Below are positions 9,547 to 18,827 of a DNA stretch of 64,000 bases, piece after piece. The translations under genes and the position numbers were made by a program. The notes below the pieces were generated by a model. That model was not told the DNA's origin. It did no database searches and saw only the letters and a program-made list of their open reading frames with translations. Numbering within the stretch: the first letter of the stretch is position 1; each line of letters begins with the position of its first letter. This DNA comes from Eubacteriales bacterium (GTDB taxonomy: Bacteria > Bacillota > Clostridia > Oscillospirales > RGIG5299): positions 3,168-67,167 of the forward strand of contig JAZNEJ010000012.1 in NCBI GenBank assembly GCA_045588575.1, given 5' to 3'.

Positions 9547-9577
9547 AAAAAGCACTCACTTAAAAGTGAGTGCTTTT
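9547..9577. terminator. Bidirectional terminator
   Basis: AAAAGCACTCACT-taaa-AGTGAGTGCTTTT between convergent genes. Confidence 0.8.
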
Positions 9578-9580
9578 CTT

Positions 9581-12580
9581 TTATTCTGTTCTTAAAGCTA
9601 CAACAGGGTCTTTCTTTGCAGCGCTTCTTGAAGGAATTATTCCGGAAATTAAATTAAGGAATACGCTTATTGCAACAAGGATGATAGCTATAGGTATGGG
9701 TAAAAACGCATTGAGATTACCTATTCCCGTTAAGAAATGGATTATAATGTTTATGGGAATACACAAAAGATAGGTTATTCCAACGCCCAGCAATCCCGAA
9801 ATAAAGCCTATAATAACCGTTTCTGCGTTAAACATATTCGAAACGTTTCGTTTCGATGCGCCAATGGCTCGAAGTATTCCTATTTCCTTTGTTCTTTCCT
9901 GAACGGAAATTAAGGTTATAACGCCTATCATTATTGACGAAACAATGAGCGAAACCGCAACAAAGGAAATTAAAATATAGGTAATTGCATCTATTATTGT
10001 TGTAATTGAGGTCATCATAAGACCAACGTAGTCGGTATAGCTTATTTTTTCGAACTCACCAACCTGCGAATTATATGCCGCTATTGCCGCCTCAATAGCA
10101 TCTTTATCGGCAAAGCTCGAAGCGTAAATATTTATTGAATTAGGCGATTCTATATCAACAGAGCCAAGCTTTGCAAGAATTTCATCGTAGCTTGATTCGG
10201 AGAATATCAAAACAGTATCGTAATAAATTCCAAACTGCTCGGGAGTATAGTTTTGAAGACCTGCTTCGAGTGCTGCGGTAAGGCTTGCTTCAGGCATAGT
10301 TTCAATAGCTTTGAGAGCTTGCTGTTTGTAAATCATCTTATAGTTTTCAGCAACAAGCTTTGAATAAAGATTTTTAATATCTTCATCCTTCATTGCCGCA
10401 AAATAGCTTTTGATTGCCTCTGTATCGGTTTGCATTTGCTGAGAGTAAGCAGTAATCATTTGTGTTTCCATCTGCTCTCTCGTTACCATAGACAACGCCT
10501 GAATAACGGCTTCCTGAACTTTTTCTTCGGGCGCTATTGAAACAATTTGCTTATAAACGTTTGCTTTTCCCTTTGTATCGAGTGAAGAAATATATTTTCT
10601 TACCTCTGCTTCTTTTTCGGCAAGCGAAAGATTTTCACCGCTCTCTCTAAAAGGCAAACCGTTTAAAATATCTATCGAAGGATTTTCCTTTTGTGCTTTT
10701 ACCGCGGCGGATTCTTCGGATTTTTCTATTGCATACTCGGTTAAAAGATGAGTATATGCAATAGAACCCGTAAGCATAGGCGCCAATGCGTCTTCTTTAG
10801 GACGTATAATTCCGGTAACTTTGAGAGTAGTTGCATTATCATAAAGCATTGAAAGGCCTGCTTCGGTGTTTCTAATATCGTAGAAAAGGCCTGTCATTTC
10901 GTTTTGCTTATAGCAATCGGAATTTAAAATAACTCGGTATTCGTTTTTGCAAATATCTTCGTATTTCCAATGAGGCGTTTCTTTTTTTAGTTCTTCCCCA
11001 TCAATTGCCGCTTTTATAATTTCGTCAACTTCATCTTTAGATATAAGACCGAGCGCGTATAAGGTAAGGTCGTCTATTTCGTTATTCTCGTCAACAATTA
11101 AAAGAATTTCATTGTAAGAATTCGGCCAGCTTCCGTGAATAAGGTCATATTGATTTTTAACCATATCACTTATAGGATTGCCGTTATCGCCAGGAACCAT
11201 TTCCTGCCAAAGCTTTGTATATTCAGTTAAACTGGATGACATTCCCGGCATAGTAGTGGGTGTGGAATTAAAAATATCGGTAATTGAGGAGCCGAAGCCT
11301 TGCGCCAAAACTTCCCTCATAACTTCATCAGTATCGGATTTAATTATAGTTCCGTCGGGAGCTTTGGTGTAAAGCGACATATCGAGCAGATAAGTGTATT
11401 TTATTCCGCTTATTGCAATGTCTAATTTATATTTGCCGTTTTCCTTTGCTCTTTCGGCTTCTAAAAAAGTTTTGAAAGCTTTTAAGTCGTTTTTTGTTAC
11501 CTCAATACTGTTTAAAGAATTTATGAGGTTATATATAAGAGATTTTTGATAAACCTCGTCGGTGTTGTGTTCTGTGTTACCTTCCGTTTTATTTAAAAAG
11601 CTTTCAAAAAGATTTGTCATATCCATATTTGTAGCTTCAATGGTTAAAGGATATGAAGAAAGTGTTTCTTCCTGAACTATATTTATCCACGTTGTCATAC
11701 CTTGAGAAACAGCGTAAATAAGGGCAATACCTATTATTCCTATGCTTCCCGCTATTGCCGTTAATATTGTTCTTCCCTTTTTTGTGAAAAGATTTTTAAG
11801 TGACAAACCAAACGACGTTGCATAAGACATAGAAGGAAGCTTTATTTTTCCTTTTTTTGCCGACTGTTTTTCAGCCTCTTTTAATTTAACCACTTCATCT
11901 TCGGTTAAAGGATTTGAATCACCAATTAAAAGACCGTCAAGCATTTTTATCGTTCTGGTTGCATACCGCTCTGCCAATTCAGGATTGTGAGTTACCATTA
12001 TAACAAGACGTTCTTCTGAAATTTTTTTCAAAATTTCCATTACCTGCAAGCTTGTTTCGGTATCAAGCGCGCCCGTAGGCTCGTCGGCAAGAATTATATC
12101 GGGATTGTTTACAATTGCTCTTGCAATTGCAACACGTTGCATTTGGCCACCCGACATTTCGCTGGGTTTCTTTTTAATTTGGTCAGAAAGGCCAACCATT
12201 TCAAGTGCCTCAATTGCTCGTTTCTTGCGTTCAACCTTTGAAACGCCCGAAAGACTTAATGCCAATTCAACGTTTTGAAGTACGGTTTGATGCGGAATTA
12301 AATTATAGCTTTGAAAAACAAAGCCTATTGAGTGATTTCTATACGAATCCCAATCTCTGTCTTTAAAATCCTTGGTGGATTTTCCGTTTACTATTAAATC
12401 TCCGTTTGTATAACGGTCAAGTCCGCCTATAATGTTAAGCATAGTTGTTTTGCCGCAACCGGATTGCCCTAAAATTGCTACAAATTCATTTTTTCTAAAC
12501 TTTATGCTCACACCTTTTAAAGCTTCTACTTTACCGCTTCCAACAACGTAAGATTTAGTTATATTTTTAAGTTCGAGCAA
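9581..12580 (-). CDS. MacB/FtsX-type ABC transporter, fused ATPase and permease with a large extracellular domain
   Basis: GQSGCGKT, MSGGQ, LADEPTGALD; C-terminal ERTKEIGILRAIGA...KKDPVVALRTE; TTG start with AGGAGG RBS. Confidence 0.88.
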   Translation of the reverse strand: MLELKNITKSYVVGSGKVEALKGVSIKFRKNEFVAILGQSGCGKTTMLNIIGGLDRYTNGDLIVNGKSTKDFKDRDWDSYRNHSIGFVFQSYNLIPHQTVLQNVELALSLSGVSKVERKKRAIEALEMVGLSDQIKKKPSEMSGGQMQRVAIARAIVNNPDIILADEPTGALDTETSLQVMEILKKISEERLVIMVTHNPELAERYATRTIKMLDGLLIGDSNPLTEDEVVKLKEAEKQSAKKGKIKLPSMSYATSFGLSLKNLFTKKGRTILTAIAGSIGIIGIALIYAVSQGMTTWINIVQEETLSSYPLTIEATNMDMTNLFESFLNKTEGNTEHNTDEVYQKSLIYNLINSLNSIEVTKNDLKAFKTFLEAERAKENGKYKLDIAISGIKYTYLLDMSLYTKAPDGTIIKSDTDEVMREVLAQGFGSSITDIFNSTPTTMPGMSSSLTEYTKLWQEMVPGDNGNPISDMVKNQYDLIHGSWPNSYNEILLIVDENNEIDDLTLYALGLISKDEVDEIIKAAIDGEELKKETPHWKYEDICKNEYRVILNSDCYKQNEMTGLFYDIRNTEAGLSMLYDNATTLKVTGIIRPKEDALAPMLTGSIAYTHLLTEYAIEKSEESAAVKAQKENPSIDILNGLPFRESGENLSLAEKEAEVRKYISSLDTKGKANVYKQIVSIAPEEKVQEAVIQALSMVTREQMETQMITAYSQQMQTDTEAIKSYFAAMKDEDIKNLYSKLVAENYKMIYKQQALKAIETMPEASLTAALEAGLQNYTPEQFGIYYDTVLIFSESSYDEILAKLGSVDIESPNSINIYASSFADKDAIEAAIAAYNSQVGEFEKISYTDYVGLMMTSITTIIDAITYILISFVAVSLIVSSIMIGVITLISVQERTKEIGILRAIGASKRNVSNMFNAETVIIGFISGLLGVGITYLLCIPINIIIHFLTGIGNLNAFLPIPIAIILVAISVFLNLISGIIPSRSAAKKDPVVALRTE

Positions 12581-12682
12581 GCTTTGTCCTCCTCCTAATA
12601 ATAACGCCCTGTGTTCTGCCTTATAAACTTCAATTTATATTATAGTAATCTTTTCTATAAAAATATTCTTGAGATAAAGATA

Positions 12683-12720
12683 ATTTACATCAAAACGAAA
12701 ATTTTCGCTTTGATGTAAAT
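12683..12720 (-). terminator. Hairpin after htrA
   Basis: ATTTACATCAAA-CGAAA/TTTCG-TTTGATGTAAAT inverted repeat. Confidence 0.6.
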
Positions 12721-12724
12721 GTTT

Positions 12725-13966
12725 CTATTTAAATTCACCCAATACAACAGTTACTTTTTCATATCTTCCGTTACGGAAAATTGTAAGCTCAACCTCTTCA
12801 TAAGGGCGAAGCATTGCGTCACGGAAAAGAGTGAAATCTTCCAGACTTGTTATATCAAAATAATTAACCCTTGTAATTATATCGTCTTTCAAAAGACCTT
12901 TCGCTTCTGCGTCAGAGCCCTCTATTGTTCCGCCTATTTTAAGACCGCCGGGAGTTGAGGGTGTGGGATTAACGTAATAAGAATCGGTTACGCCAAAGGC
13001 AGGTGTTCCCAAAACTCTTCCATAATTAACGTATTCGTCTATTAAGTCCTTCGCAATATTTATTGGAACCGCAAAGCCAAGACCTTCTATAGTTGTAGAA
13101 TCGGCAGAAGTTAGTTTCATTAAAATTATTCCTATTACTTGCCCTTTGCCGTTAATTAAAGGACCTCCGGAATTACCGTGATTCATAGGAGCATCGGTTT
13201 GAATTAACTCTCTGTGAATTTCATTGTCTATTGTGAAATTATAGCGATATCCCGAAACTATGCCATGAGTCATAGTGTATGAAAGTTGATAGGTTCTTGG
13301 GCCCCCAATAGCAACGGCGTCTTCACCGATTAAAACCTCATTGGAATCGGCAAGCTCTGCAGGAATAAAATTGTTTCCGTTAACCTTTAAGAGCGCAATA
13401 TCGTTATCAACGTCCGTACATAGAACAACCGCATTGTAAACTTCGCCATAATATGTTTGTATTTGAATTCTTTTAGCTTCGTCAACGACGTGAGCATTTG
13501 TTAAAATATACCCGTCCTTTGAAATGATAAATCCGGTAGCAGTATAAACGGTTTCGGAAAAACTATTTTTCGCAGTAAAAATTCTAACTATTGAAGGACA
13601 AAGCTTATTATAAATTTCCGTAAACGAAAGCTCTTTATCGCTTACTTTTTCCACGGTAGTAACGGGAGGATTATTTACCTTTTCGGAATATGCCACGAAA
13701 TTATAATCGGTTTGGCTTCCGCTACCCGTTTGGGGAATAGACGGTGTAGGCGATTCGGGAATGTTGTTTCCCCCTTGTTGTTGGGAAGCATAATAATCTT
13801 CAAAAAACTCGGTGGCCATAAGCACCGCTCCTACGGTAGTTACCGAAATGAAAATAAGGCAAAATACCGTGGCAAAGATAATTGCAATAATTATAGGCGC
13901 CTTTCTTTTCTTTTGTTTAACAGGCACGGTATTAAGTTCGTTTTTGTTTTCTTCGTTATTTATCAT
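12725..13966 (-). CDS. htrA: HtrA/DegP-family membrane-anchored serine protease with PDZ domain
   Basis: N-terminal TM; triad motifs TNAHVV, DIALL, GNSGGPL; C-terminal PDZ. ATG at 13966 fits RBS AGGGGTG better than GTG at 13975. Confidence 0.85.
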   Translation of the reverse strand: MINNEENKNELNTVPVKQKKRKAPIIIAIIFATVFCLIFISVTTVGAVLMATEFFEDYYASQQQGGNNIPESPTPSIPQTGSGSQTDYNFVAYSEKVNNPPVTTVEKVSDKELSFTEIYNKLCPSIVRIFTAKNSFSETVYTATGFIISKDGYILTNAHVVDEAKRIQIQTYYGEVYNAVVLCTDVDNDIALLKVNGNNFIPAELADSNEVLIGEDAVAIGGPRTYQLSYTMTHGIVSGYRYNFTIDNEIHRELIQTDAPMNHGNSGGPLINGKGQVIGIILMKLTSADSTTIEGLGFAVPINIAKDLIDEYVNYGRVLGTPAFGVTDSYYVNPTPSTPGGLKIGGTIEGSDAEAKGLLKDDIITRVNYFDITSLEDFTLFRDAMLRPYEEVELTIFRNGRYEKVTVVLGEFK

Positions 13967-15401
13967 TTGTTTCACCCCTGTTATCTGCTTGATTAAGTGT
14001 AAATAAAAATTCTACGTATTGTCCTTCTTCGGACCTTATATAAATATTCTCACCGTGACCGTTTATTATATATTTGCAGAGGAAAAGACCTAAACCAAAG
14101 CTCTTTTTGTTTTCACTGCGAGAACGGTCGCATTTATAGAACTTATCAAAAACAAGCGGCAAATCGTCTGCCTTTATGCCAACTCCCGTATTTTTAATAA
14201 AGGTTGTTATTTTATCGTTTTTAACGCGAGATGTTATTATAATGCTTTCTCCGTTGGGAGTAAATTTAACAGCATTGTCGAGAAGATTATATATTACTCG
14301 GTATATTGCATCGTAATCAGCTTGAGCAAATATTGTTTTATTTGGAATATCAAGTTTGAAATTAATATTCTTATCGGCAAATTTCATTTCAAACTGTGCT
14401 GAAACGTTAAGCAACAGTTCAGTGTAATCAACGGTGTTAATATTGAATTTTAAGTCGCCCGAATCAATTCTTGCAACCTCAACCAAAGTGTTAACCAAGC
14501 GGGAAAGTCTGTTAACCTCATCGGAAATTATGCCCAAATAATAATCGTATTTTTCAGGCGGAATAGTTTTATCTAAAATTCCGTTTATAAATCCCGAAAT
14601 GGTTGTCATAGGAGTTTTAAGCTCATGCGAAACGTTTGAAATAAAGCTCGATTTCATTTCATCCAATTTAATAAGAGATTCTGCCATCATATTAAACGAA
14701 TCGGCAAGAGCCGCTATTTCGTCATTACTTTTTACAACAATACGGTGGTCAAATTTCCCTTGAGAAATAGCCACTGCCGCTTCGCTCATTTCTTTAAGCG
14801 GTCTTGTTATTCTAAGGGTTATGAAATATGTAATCATATAACTCATTACAAGAGTTAAAATCAGACCTACCGCAAAAATAGAAAGCATATCTCTAACTGT
14901 TTTTGTCATAAATTCAGCAGAGGTTGACATTAAAATTATTCCCGCCGGGGCTCCGTCTGCCAAATAATACGGTCTTGCATAGATATGTTGGACCTTACCG
15001 AAAAAGTTGCCCATTCGTCCCGTTTGATTGTAATAGCCGTTTTCAACGGTTTCTTTAATTACCGATTTCGGTAAATTGGCATCAAAAAAATCGAGTTCGG
15101 GGCTTCCGTAATTTACAACCTCGCCCTCTAAATTGGAAATAATTATGGTTGTATCAAAAGAATCGGCATAAAAATGAACAAGCTCGTAATATCCTCGCAT
15201 TTGCTGTTCGGTAATATATCCGGTTTCATTCATATGCGTTGCTATATCGGAAAGCTTTTCGGTGCCGTTTTCCAACACCTTTAAAGTTTCGGAAAGCGAA
15301 TAGGAATTTATGAAGGTTAAAAGAAGTGATATGAAAAATATAAACGTTGCAAAAATAACCACGGTAAAAGAACGCATAAATTTACCTAAAAGCGAATTCA
15401 C
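13956..15401 (-). CDS. HAMP-containing sensor histidine kinase
   Basis: Two TMs, HAMP, H-box SHELKTP, N-box NLLDNAVKF, G2 GLGL. Confidence 0.92.
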   Translation of the reverse strand: MNSLLGKFMRSFTVVIFATFIFFISLLLTFINSYSLSETLKVLENGTEKLSDIATHMNETGYITEQQMRGYYELVHFYADSFDTTIIISNLEGEVVNYGSPELDFFDANLPKSVIKETVENGYYNQTGRMGNFFGKVQHIYARPYYLADGAPAGIILMSTSAEFMTKTVRDMLSIFAVGLILTLVMSYMITYFITLRITRPLKEMSEAAVAISQGKFDHRIVVKSNDEIAALADSFNMMAESLIKLDEMKSSFISNVSHELKTPMTTISGFINGILDKTIPPEKYDYYLGIISDEVNRLSRLVNTLVEVARIDSGDLKFNINTVDYTELLLNVSAQFEMKFADKNINFKLDIPNKTIFAQADYDAIYRVIYNLLDNAVKFTPNGESIIITSRVKNDKITTFIKNTGVGIKADDLPLVFDKFYKCDRSRSENKKSFGLGLFLCKYIINGHGENIYIRSEEGQYVEFLFTLNQADNRGETNDK

Positions 15402-15434
15402 TGTTTAACCTCCTTTTTTTATTAAATCGAGTTT

Positions 15435-16124
15435 TTATTCTATAACCTCAAATTTATAACCTACGCCCCAAACGGTTTTTAAAGACCATTTATCCGAAAC
15501 TCCTTCAAGCTTTTCACGAAGGCGTTTTACGTGAACGTCGATTGTTCTTGTGTCGCCGAAATATTCAAAGCCCCAAACCTCATCTAAAAGCTTATCTCTG
15601 GTGAAAACTCGGTTGGGATTGCTTGCAAGATGGAAAAGAAGCTGAATTTCCTTTGGAGGCGCTTCTACCGTTTCGCCTTTTATTTTTATTTCATAATTAG
15701 AAAGATTGACGTAAAGGTTTTCGTATTCGATTATATCGGTATCTGCCTGTGTTTTACTTCCGTTGCATCTACGCAAGACGGTTTTTATTCTGGTTACAAC
15801 CTCTTTTGTATCAAAAGGCTTGGTTACGTAATCGTCTGCGCCGAGTTCAAGTCCCAAAACTTTATCGAAGGTCTCCCCTTTTGCCGAAATCATTATTATC
15901 GGCACTTCGGAAAACTTTCTTATATCTCGGCAAATTTGCCACCCGTCTGTTCCGGGAAGCATTATATCAAGTAAAACCAACGAAGGATTATACTCGGTAA
16001 CTGCTTTTACCGCTTCAATTCCTTCATTTACGATTTTTGTTTCATAGCCTTCTTTCTCAATGTAAAGCCTTAATAACTCACAAATATTAACGTCATCGTC
16101 AATAATTAAAATTTTATTTGCCAT
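15435..16124 (-). CDS. OmpR-family response regulator
   Basis: IIDDD, LLDIMLP, GADDYVTKPF; wHTH RTIDVHVKRLR...TVWGVGY. Confidence 0.95.
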   Translation of the reverse strand: MANKILIIDDDVNICELLRLYIEKEGYETKIVNEGIEAVKAVTEYNPSLVLLDIMLPGTDGWQICRDIRKFSEVPIIMISAKGETFDKVLGLELGADDYVTKPFDTKEVVTRIKTVLRRCNGSKTQADTDIIEYENLYVNLSNYEIKIKGETVEAPPKEIQLLFHLASNPNRVFTRDKLLDEVWGFEYFGDTRTIDVHVKRLREKLEGVSDKWSLKTVWGVGYKFEVIE

Positions 16125-16154
16125 TTTTTCATCTCCTTTAATTTAGACATAATT

Positions 16155-16210
16155 ATTATATCAATTATACAGTTAAAAATCAATGACTATATTGTTAAAA
16201 TAACTTTAAT
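16155..16210 (-). promoter_or_regulatory. SigA promoter of the regulator-kinase-htrA operon, with a possible OmpR-type direct repeat
   Basis: Minus strand TTGATT(16183-16178)-17-TATAAT(16160-16155); TTAAAG-N5-TTAACA just upstream. Confidence 0.45.
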
Positions 16211-16259
16211 GAAATTGCGTTTTTAAGACTTTATTCTTTTTATTCTTCGGGGTAATTAA

Positions 16260-16402
16260 AAACTTATTCGTTTAACTTTGTATTTCAGTTTGTTTTTGCC
16301 TTGCGAACGAAGGTATAAACTTCTTCATCCACACCGTTTGTTCGTAACGTTATTTATTACATTGGCAAAAGCAATGAATATAAAAGATACTGCAAGAGTT
16401 TA
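16260..16402 (+). ncRNA. Putative structured RNA (long imperfect rod) of unknown family
   Basis: Nested pairings 16277-87/16375-84, 16290-300/16364-74 and 16301-11/16337-47; the mismatches are G-U wobbles on the + strand. Confidence 0.45.
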
Positions 16403-16450
16403 TTTTTAAAATTTCAAAAATCAAAACAGCTATATATTCACCGTTTCCTA

Positions 16451-16479
16451 TTGAAAAAAAGCAGCAGACGTGCTATAAT
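16451..16479 (+). promoter_or_regulatory. SigA promoter of ychF
   Basis: TTGAAA-17-TGcTATAAT. Confidence 0.7.
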
Positions 16480-16533
16480 ATAAAAGTTACATAGCTTGTT
16501 TTTAAAAGGATTTTTAAGGAGATAGAAGAAGAA

Positions 16534-17628
16534 ATGAAATTAGGTATCGTCGGTTTGCCCAACGTAGGCAAAAGCACTCTTTTCAATGCTATTACAAAAG
16601 CAGGTGCCGAGGCTGCCAACTACCCGTTTTGCACAATCGAGCCGAACGTTGGTGTTGTTGCGGTTCCCGATTACAGATTAGACGTTTTAACAAAAATGTA
16701 TAATCCCGAAAAGACCACGCCCGCTATTATTGAATTCGTTGATATTGCAGGTCTTGTTAAAGGCGCCTCTCAAGGCGAAGGTCTCGGAAATAAATTCCTT
16801 TCTCACATAAGAGAGGTTAATGCAATAGTTCACGTTGTAAGATGCTTTGAAGACAGCAATATAGTTCACGTTGACGGAAAAATAAGTCCGAAAAACGATA
16901 TTGAAATAATAAATATGGAGCTCATTCTTTCCGACCTTGAAATAGTCGACAGAAGAATTGACAGGCTGAAGAAAAATTTAAAGGGTGATAAGAGTTTTGC
17001 CGCCGAGCTCGAATTCTTTGAAGAGGTAAGAAACGTATTATCCGACGGTTTGCCCGCAAGAAGCGTTAAAACCGATGCAAATACCGCTGTTTTTATGGCT
17101 AATTCAAATCTTCTTTCGGCAAAGCCCGTTATTTATGCCGCAAACCTTTCGGAAGATGATATTTCGGGCGGTTATGAAGATAATCCTTATTACAAAGCCG
17201 TTTGTGAAATTGCAGAAGCGGAAAATTCTGCCGTTATTCCCGTTAGTGCAAAAATCGAAGAAGAAATTGCCAACTTAGACGATGAAGATAAAGCTATGTT
17301 CCTTGAAGAGCTTAACATGAAGGAAAGCGGCTTGGAAAGGCTTATTAAGAGCGGTTATTCCCTTTTGGGCCTTATGAGCTTCCTTACAGCCGGTCCTCAA
17401 GAGGTTCGTGCTTGGACAATAAAAAAAGACACAAAAGCTCCCAAGGCCGCGGGAACGATACATTCCGACTTTGAAAGAGGTTTTATTCGTGCCGAGGTTG
17501 TTTCTTACAACGACCTTATTGAATGCGGTTCAATTGTCAATGCAAAGGAAAAAGGTCTTGTAAGAAGCGAAGGCAAAGAATACGTTATGCAAGACGGCGA
17601 CGTCGTTGTTTTCAGATTTAACGTTTAA
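16534..17628 (+). CDS. ychF: Redox-regulated ATPase YchF (Obg family)
   Basis: GIVGLPNVGKSTLFN, ANYPFCTIEPN, DIAGLV, GLGNKFL; TGS domain ending FRFNV. Confidence 0.97.
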   Translation: MKLGIVGLPNVGKSTLFNAITKAGAEAANYPFCTIEPNVGVVAVPDYRLDVLTKMYNPEKTTPAIIEFVDIAGLVKGASQGEGLGNKFLSHIREVNAIVHVVRCFEDSNIVHVDGKISPKNDIEIINMELILSDLEIVDRRIDRLKKNLKGDKSFAAELEFFEEVRNVLSDGLPARSVKTDANTAVFMANSNLLSAKPVIYAANLSEDDISGGYEDNPYYKAVCEIAEAENSAVIPVSAKIEEEIANLDDEDKAMFLEELNMKESGLERLIKSGYSLLGLMSFLTAGPQEVRAWTIKKDTKAPKAAGTIHSDFERGFIRAEVVSYNDLIECGSIVNAKEKGLVRSEGKEYVMQDGDVVVFRFNV

Positions 17629-17634
17629 ATTTTT

Positions 17635-17687
17635 GTATATTCTCTCCTTTAAAGGTTAAACTATCATCAAACCAAATTTTAAAGGAG
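17635..17687 (+). promoter_or_regulatory. SigF/SigG-like promoter embedded in an RBS-sequestering inverted repeat
   Basis: GTATA(17635)...GGTTAAACTA(17654-63); CTCCTTTAAA(17644-53) pairs with TTTAAAGGAG(17678-87). Confidence 0.45.
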
Positions 17688-17694
17688 TGATATT

Positions 17695-17859
17695 ATGGCA
17701 ACAAAGTCATCTTCTACTGCTAAAAAGTCTTCTCAAAGAAGCTCTAAAACAGAATCGGCAGGAAAAAATTCCAGAGCCAACAGTTCCAAGAGAAAGTCTT
17801 CAACTGAAACCGGTAAAAGCTCGCAGAAGAAAAGCAGCTCTACAAAAAACTGTAAATAA
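17695..17859 (+). CDS. Small basic Ser/Lys-rich protein (54 aa), not in the ORF track
   Basis: AAGGAG RBS 7 nt before ATG; MATKSSSTAKKSSQRSSKTESAGKNSRANSSKRKSSTETGKSSQKKSSSTKNCK; terminator follows. Confidence 0.7.
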   Translation: MATKSSSTAKKSSQRSSKTESAGKNSRANSSKRKSSTETGKSSQKKSSSTKNCK

Positions 17860-17863
17860 CATT

Positions 17864-17894
17864 GAAAAACGCAGGAAATTTCCTGCGTTTTTTC
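17864..17894. terminator. Bidirectional terminator
   Basis: GAAAAACGCAGGAAA/TTTCCTGCGTTTTTTC. Confidence 0.8.
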
Positions 17895-17897
17895 ATT

Positions 17898-18827
17898 TTA
17901 TTCAAATATAGTTTCAATTCTTTTTTCGCAAGAGATAGGCGAATAAGTCCACTTAGAAAGATGACCTTCGGTTATATAATATTTACAACTACGGTCTACG
18001 TATTCGTTTTTAAAAGCGTCTATTATAGAAAGCTTTATTTTCATTTTTTCGGGAATTATATTTTTAATATAAACCGCCGCCGATTGCCCGATTGTAAGTC
18101 CTTCACGGTATTCGGCAAGTCCTGCCAAATTAGGCTCGAGCTCAACGAAAACTCCGTAATCTTCAACCGAACGAATTATTCCCGCAACAGTTTGTCCCGT
18201 TGAATATTGGCTTGAATTTTCTTCCCACGTTCCCAAAAGTTCTTTGTGTGATAAACAAACTCTTCCGTTTGCTCTGTCTATATCTGAAATTACTGCATAT
18301 ATATGCTGTCCTATTGTAAATCTGTCGCTTGGATGCGAAATTCTGGAAATTGAAATATTATCTATTGATATGAGCGCTATAATTCCGCAGCCTATATCGG
18401 CAAATGCACCAAACGGTTCAAGATGTGTTATTTTAGCTTCAACTATATCTCCCTTTTTAGCATTTTCTAAAATATGCTTTCGGCATTCTTCCTGCGCCGC
18501 TTTTCTTGAAAGATAAAGGCAGTTTTCATCAGCCCTTTTTACAATATCGGTTACCTTGAAGCAAACCGGTTTATTTACACGTGTTATTATCGCAATATCT
18601 CTTACGCTTCCGTCCGCTATTCCTATTGCCGCTTCTTCACGGGGTATTATACCTTTTATTCCGCCAAAATCCACAATAAGATTATGCTCGTTATCGCAAA
18701 CTACTGCTCTACCTTCCAATATTCTTCCGGTTAATCTTGCTCTTTCAAGCTGTTTGGGGTCTGACGCTATTTCTTTGATTTCGTCAATCTTAAGCAAATT
18801 GCCTTCAGGTTTATACATGGTTTCCAT
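17898..18827 (-). CDS. S1 RNA-binding domain protein (three S1 repeats; ribosomal protein S1-like)
   Basis: S1 motifs LSRK.AQ, PFGAFADIG.G..ALI, YGVFVEL..NLAGL. Confidence 0.8.
   Translation of the reverse strand: METMYKPEGNLLKIDEIKEIASDPKQLERARLTGRILEGRAVVCDNEHNLIVDFGGIKGIIPREEAAIGIADGSVRDIAIITRVNKPVCFKVTDIVKRADENCLYLSRKAAQEECRKHILENAKKGDIVEAKITHLEPFGAFADIGCGIIALISIDNISISRISHPSDRFTIGQHIYAVISDIDRANGRVCLSHKELLGTWEENSSQYSTGQTVAGIIRSVEDYGVFVELEPNLAGLAEYREGLTIGQSAAVYIKNIIPEKMKIKLSIIDAFKNEYVDRSCKYYITEGHLSKWTYSPISCEKRIETIFE

Noticed and set aside
17687-17911. 74-aa ORF MILWQQ... from the ORF track
   Set aside because: Its start overlaps the RBS and it runs through the terminator. The frame starting at 17695 has proper RBS spacing and stops before the terminator.
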